A stretch of DNA of 64,000 bases from Promethearchaeota archaeon. Lineage in GTDB: Archaea > Asgardarchaeota > Lokiarchaeia > Sigyniarchaeales > SOKP01. The notes beneath the pieces are model-generated. The model ran no database searches. It saw nothing but the letters and a program-made list of their open reading frames with translations, and had not been told where the DNA came from. Each line of letters starts with the position of its first letter. Position 1 is the first letter of the stretch. The stretch covers positions 1 through 64,000 of the forward strand of contig JBHLLU010000011.1 of the NCBI GenBank assembly GCA_048938895.1. Reading direction: 5' to 3'. Shown here one piece after another: positions 62,469-64,000 of the stretch. The translations under genes and the position numbers were made by a program.

Positions 62469-63479
62469 TTAATCCTTTGTTATTATTTCGAAAATCTCAT
62501 CTAATCTTGGAGTTTTTCTACGAAGTGTGATACATCGTTCCTCTTCACATCCTCTTAAAATCGCGATTAACTCATTTAGGTGAATAGTAGGAATGTCTAA
62601 TTTTTTTCCATACCATTTATGCATTTTTTCTCGATATTCAGGTTTTGAGAGGGTATATAAGCAAGTTGGGCATGGTGTTACTAAAAAATCAGCACCCACA
62701 GTCTCAGCACTACTTAATTTATTAAATGTAATTTTCAATGCTTCTTTAGGATTAATCAGCAATTGGGATGCTCCCCAACCGCAACAGCTTTCTTTTTCTT
62801 GATAATCAACAGGATTTCCACCAAAAAGTCTAATTAAATTGTCAAGTTTAGTTTTGTCCTTTAAATAGGGTTCTACACTTCTCTTATCTCTCAATAAATT
62901 TAAGTAATGGCACCCATAGTGAATTGCAACTTTTAAATCTTTTAAATCAAATTTTAATGAATTGATTAACTCCGTTCTTATTAAATAAAGGAAATCTAAA
63001 TCATGAACAAAACGTACCCTTGGATTTTCTAATATTTCATATGTTGTTGAATTATTATTTCCAAATTTTTCTTTTAACCTATTCAAGATTTCATTAGTTT
63101 TTTTCAATACTTCTTGGTTTTTTAGAAATTCACGACCTCTTAAGAGAGAGTTATAACAACCATTACAACTAAAAAATACTATGTCGGCTTGTTGGTTAAG
63201 TTCATAAAGGTTCCTTTCATTAATAGCGCTAAATTGAGCACGAGTAATCAAATTTCTTTGGAAAAAGGTCCCACTACAACAGGATTGATTAATACACATA
63301 TTAACATCTAGATTTAACTCAAATAATAAATCTTCAATGCCATAGCGGACTCCCGGGAAATATTTTTCCAAACAGGCTTTAAAAAGACAGAGTTTCTTGT
63401 CCCTAAAAAAATCTAAAGGATATTCTGGAAAATCTTTCTCAATTTCATCCAAATCTAAGGACAGATTGCTTTTTATCAT
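62469..63479 (-). CDS. hdrB: Heterodisulfide reductase subunit B-like (two CCG domains)
   Basis: QSCCSG, SCNGCY, AIHYGCH, SCCGWG, TPCPTC. Confidence 0.9.
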   Translation of the reverse strand: MIKSNLSLDLDEIEKDFPEYPLDFFRDKKLCLFKACLEKYFPGVRYGIEDLLFELNLDVNMCINQSCCSGTFFQRNLITRAQFSAINERNLYELNQQADIVFFSCNGCYNSLLRGREFLKNQEVLKKTNEILNRLKEKFGNNNSTTYEILENPRVRFVHDLDFLYLIRTELINSLKFDLKDLKVAIHYGCHYLNLLRDKRSVEPYLKDKTKLDNLIRLFGGNPVDYQEKESCCGWGASQLLINPKEALKITFNKLSSAETVGADFLVTPCPTCLYTLSKPEYREKMHKWYGKKLDIPTIHLNELIAILRGCEEERCITLRRKTPRLDEIFEIITKD

Positions 63480-63490
63480 ATCTTTTAATC

Positions 63491-64000
63491 TTAATTATTT
63501 TTTTTCTTCTTTTTATTTTTATTAGCATTACTTATATGAGTACGTGAAGCACGAAAAACATATTTTATACGCGCAAAGCCACAGATTTCATTTAGTTCAT
63601 CAATTCTTTCTTTTGGAAGCAATTCTCCCAAAGGTTCTTCAACGACCACTCCTGTTGTCAAAAATCGTTCTGACATTTCAACGTATTTTCTTAAATCGTT
63701 ATATCGTGGTCCAAATCCTTTTTTAAAACTTTCATTCCGTAAATTTATTATTAACAATGGGATATTTATATTGTCCTTTGGACAGATTCTACGGCAATGA
63801 CCACATAAGTAACAAAACCATATATCAGAGTCTTTTAAAACGCTTTTATCTCCACGTAAAACTTTTCCGATAATTTTTCTTATATTAAAATTCGAGATTT
63901 TAGCAGCAGGACAAGATCCTACACATTTTCCACAAGAGATACATTGTATTATATTTTTATTATCTTCGACGTCATCTATGAGCTCATTATAGAAATCCCA
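63491..64000 (-). CDS. hdrC: Heterodisulfide reductase subunit C-like, 5' end beyond the window
   Basis: Frame is open from the window end: CISCGKCVGSCP...IWFCYLCGHCRRICP; the 88-aa track ORF is only its C-terminus. Confidence 0.9.
   Translation of the reverse strand, partial: WDFYNELIDDVEDNKNIIQCISCGKCVGSCPAAKISNFNIRKIIGKVLRGDKSVLKDSDIWFCYLCGHCRRICPKDNINIPLLIINLRNESFKKGFGPRYNDLRKYVEMSERFLTTGVVVEEPLGELLPKERIDELNEICGFARIKYVFRASRTHISNANKNKKKKKNN

Noticed and set aside
932-63726. Numerous 60-120-aa antisense or alternate-frame ORFs nested in long genes
   Set aside because: They are shadows of well-supported CDSs, with no motifs or independent start signals
63491-63757. 88-aa stand-alone ORF
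   Set aside because: It is the C-terminal part of hdrC, whose frame stays open to the window edge

Overview
AT-rich, gene-dense archaeal chromosomal segment. It is most consistent with an Asgard archaeon (Lokiarchaeia/Promethearchaeota-like), because it carries a gelsolin-domain protein, a Rab-like small GTPase, a longin-like protein and a Loki-CTERM-type surface protein next to archaeal core genes (RNase P RNA, orc1/cdc6, xerA, hdrA-mvhD, hdrBC, DUF39/NIL homocysteine synthesis). About 55 CDS, mostly housekeeping and metabolic. No CRISPR array, tRNA, rRNA, transposase or prophage was seen. Top finding: a small zinc-ribbon gene (21386->21125, minus strand) is frameshifted by a 28-nt insert (21368->21341) that folds into a near-canonical bulge-helix-bulge (BHB). 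Cutting at the standard tRNA-splicing-endonuclease positions restores the frame and the missing CxxC (MARCPE|CGG), so this is a candidate spliced mRNA intron in an Asgard archaeon. Other leads: a tandem pair of vWA + RING-like proteins resembling TFIIH p44/Ssl1, a dif-like site between xerA and cdc6, an unannotated structured RNA near 57.1 kb, a thioredoxin-reductase paralog lacking both CxxC and the NADPH motif, and two unlisted zinc-ribbon microproteins. All calls were made by eye; no database searches were run.
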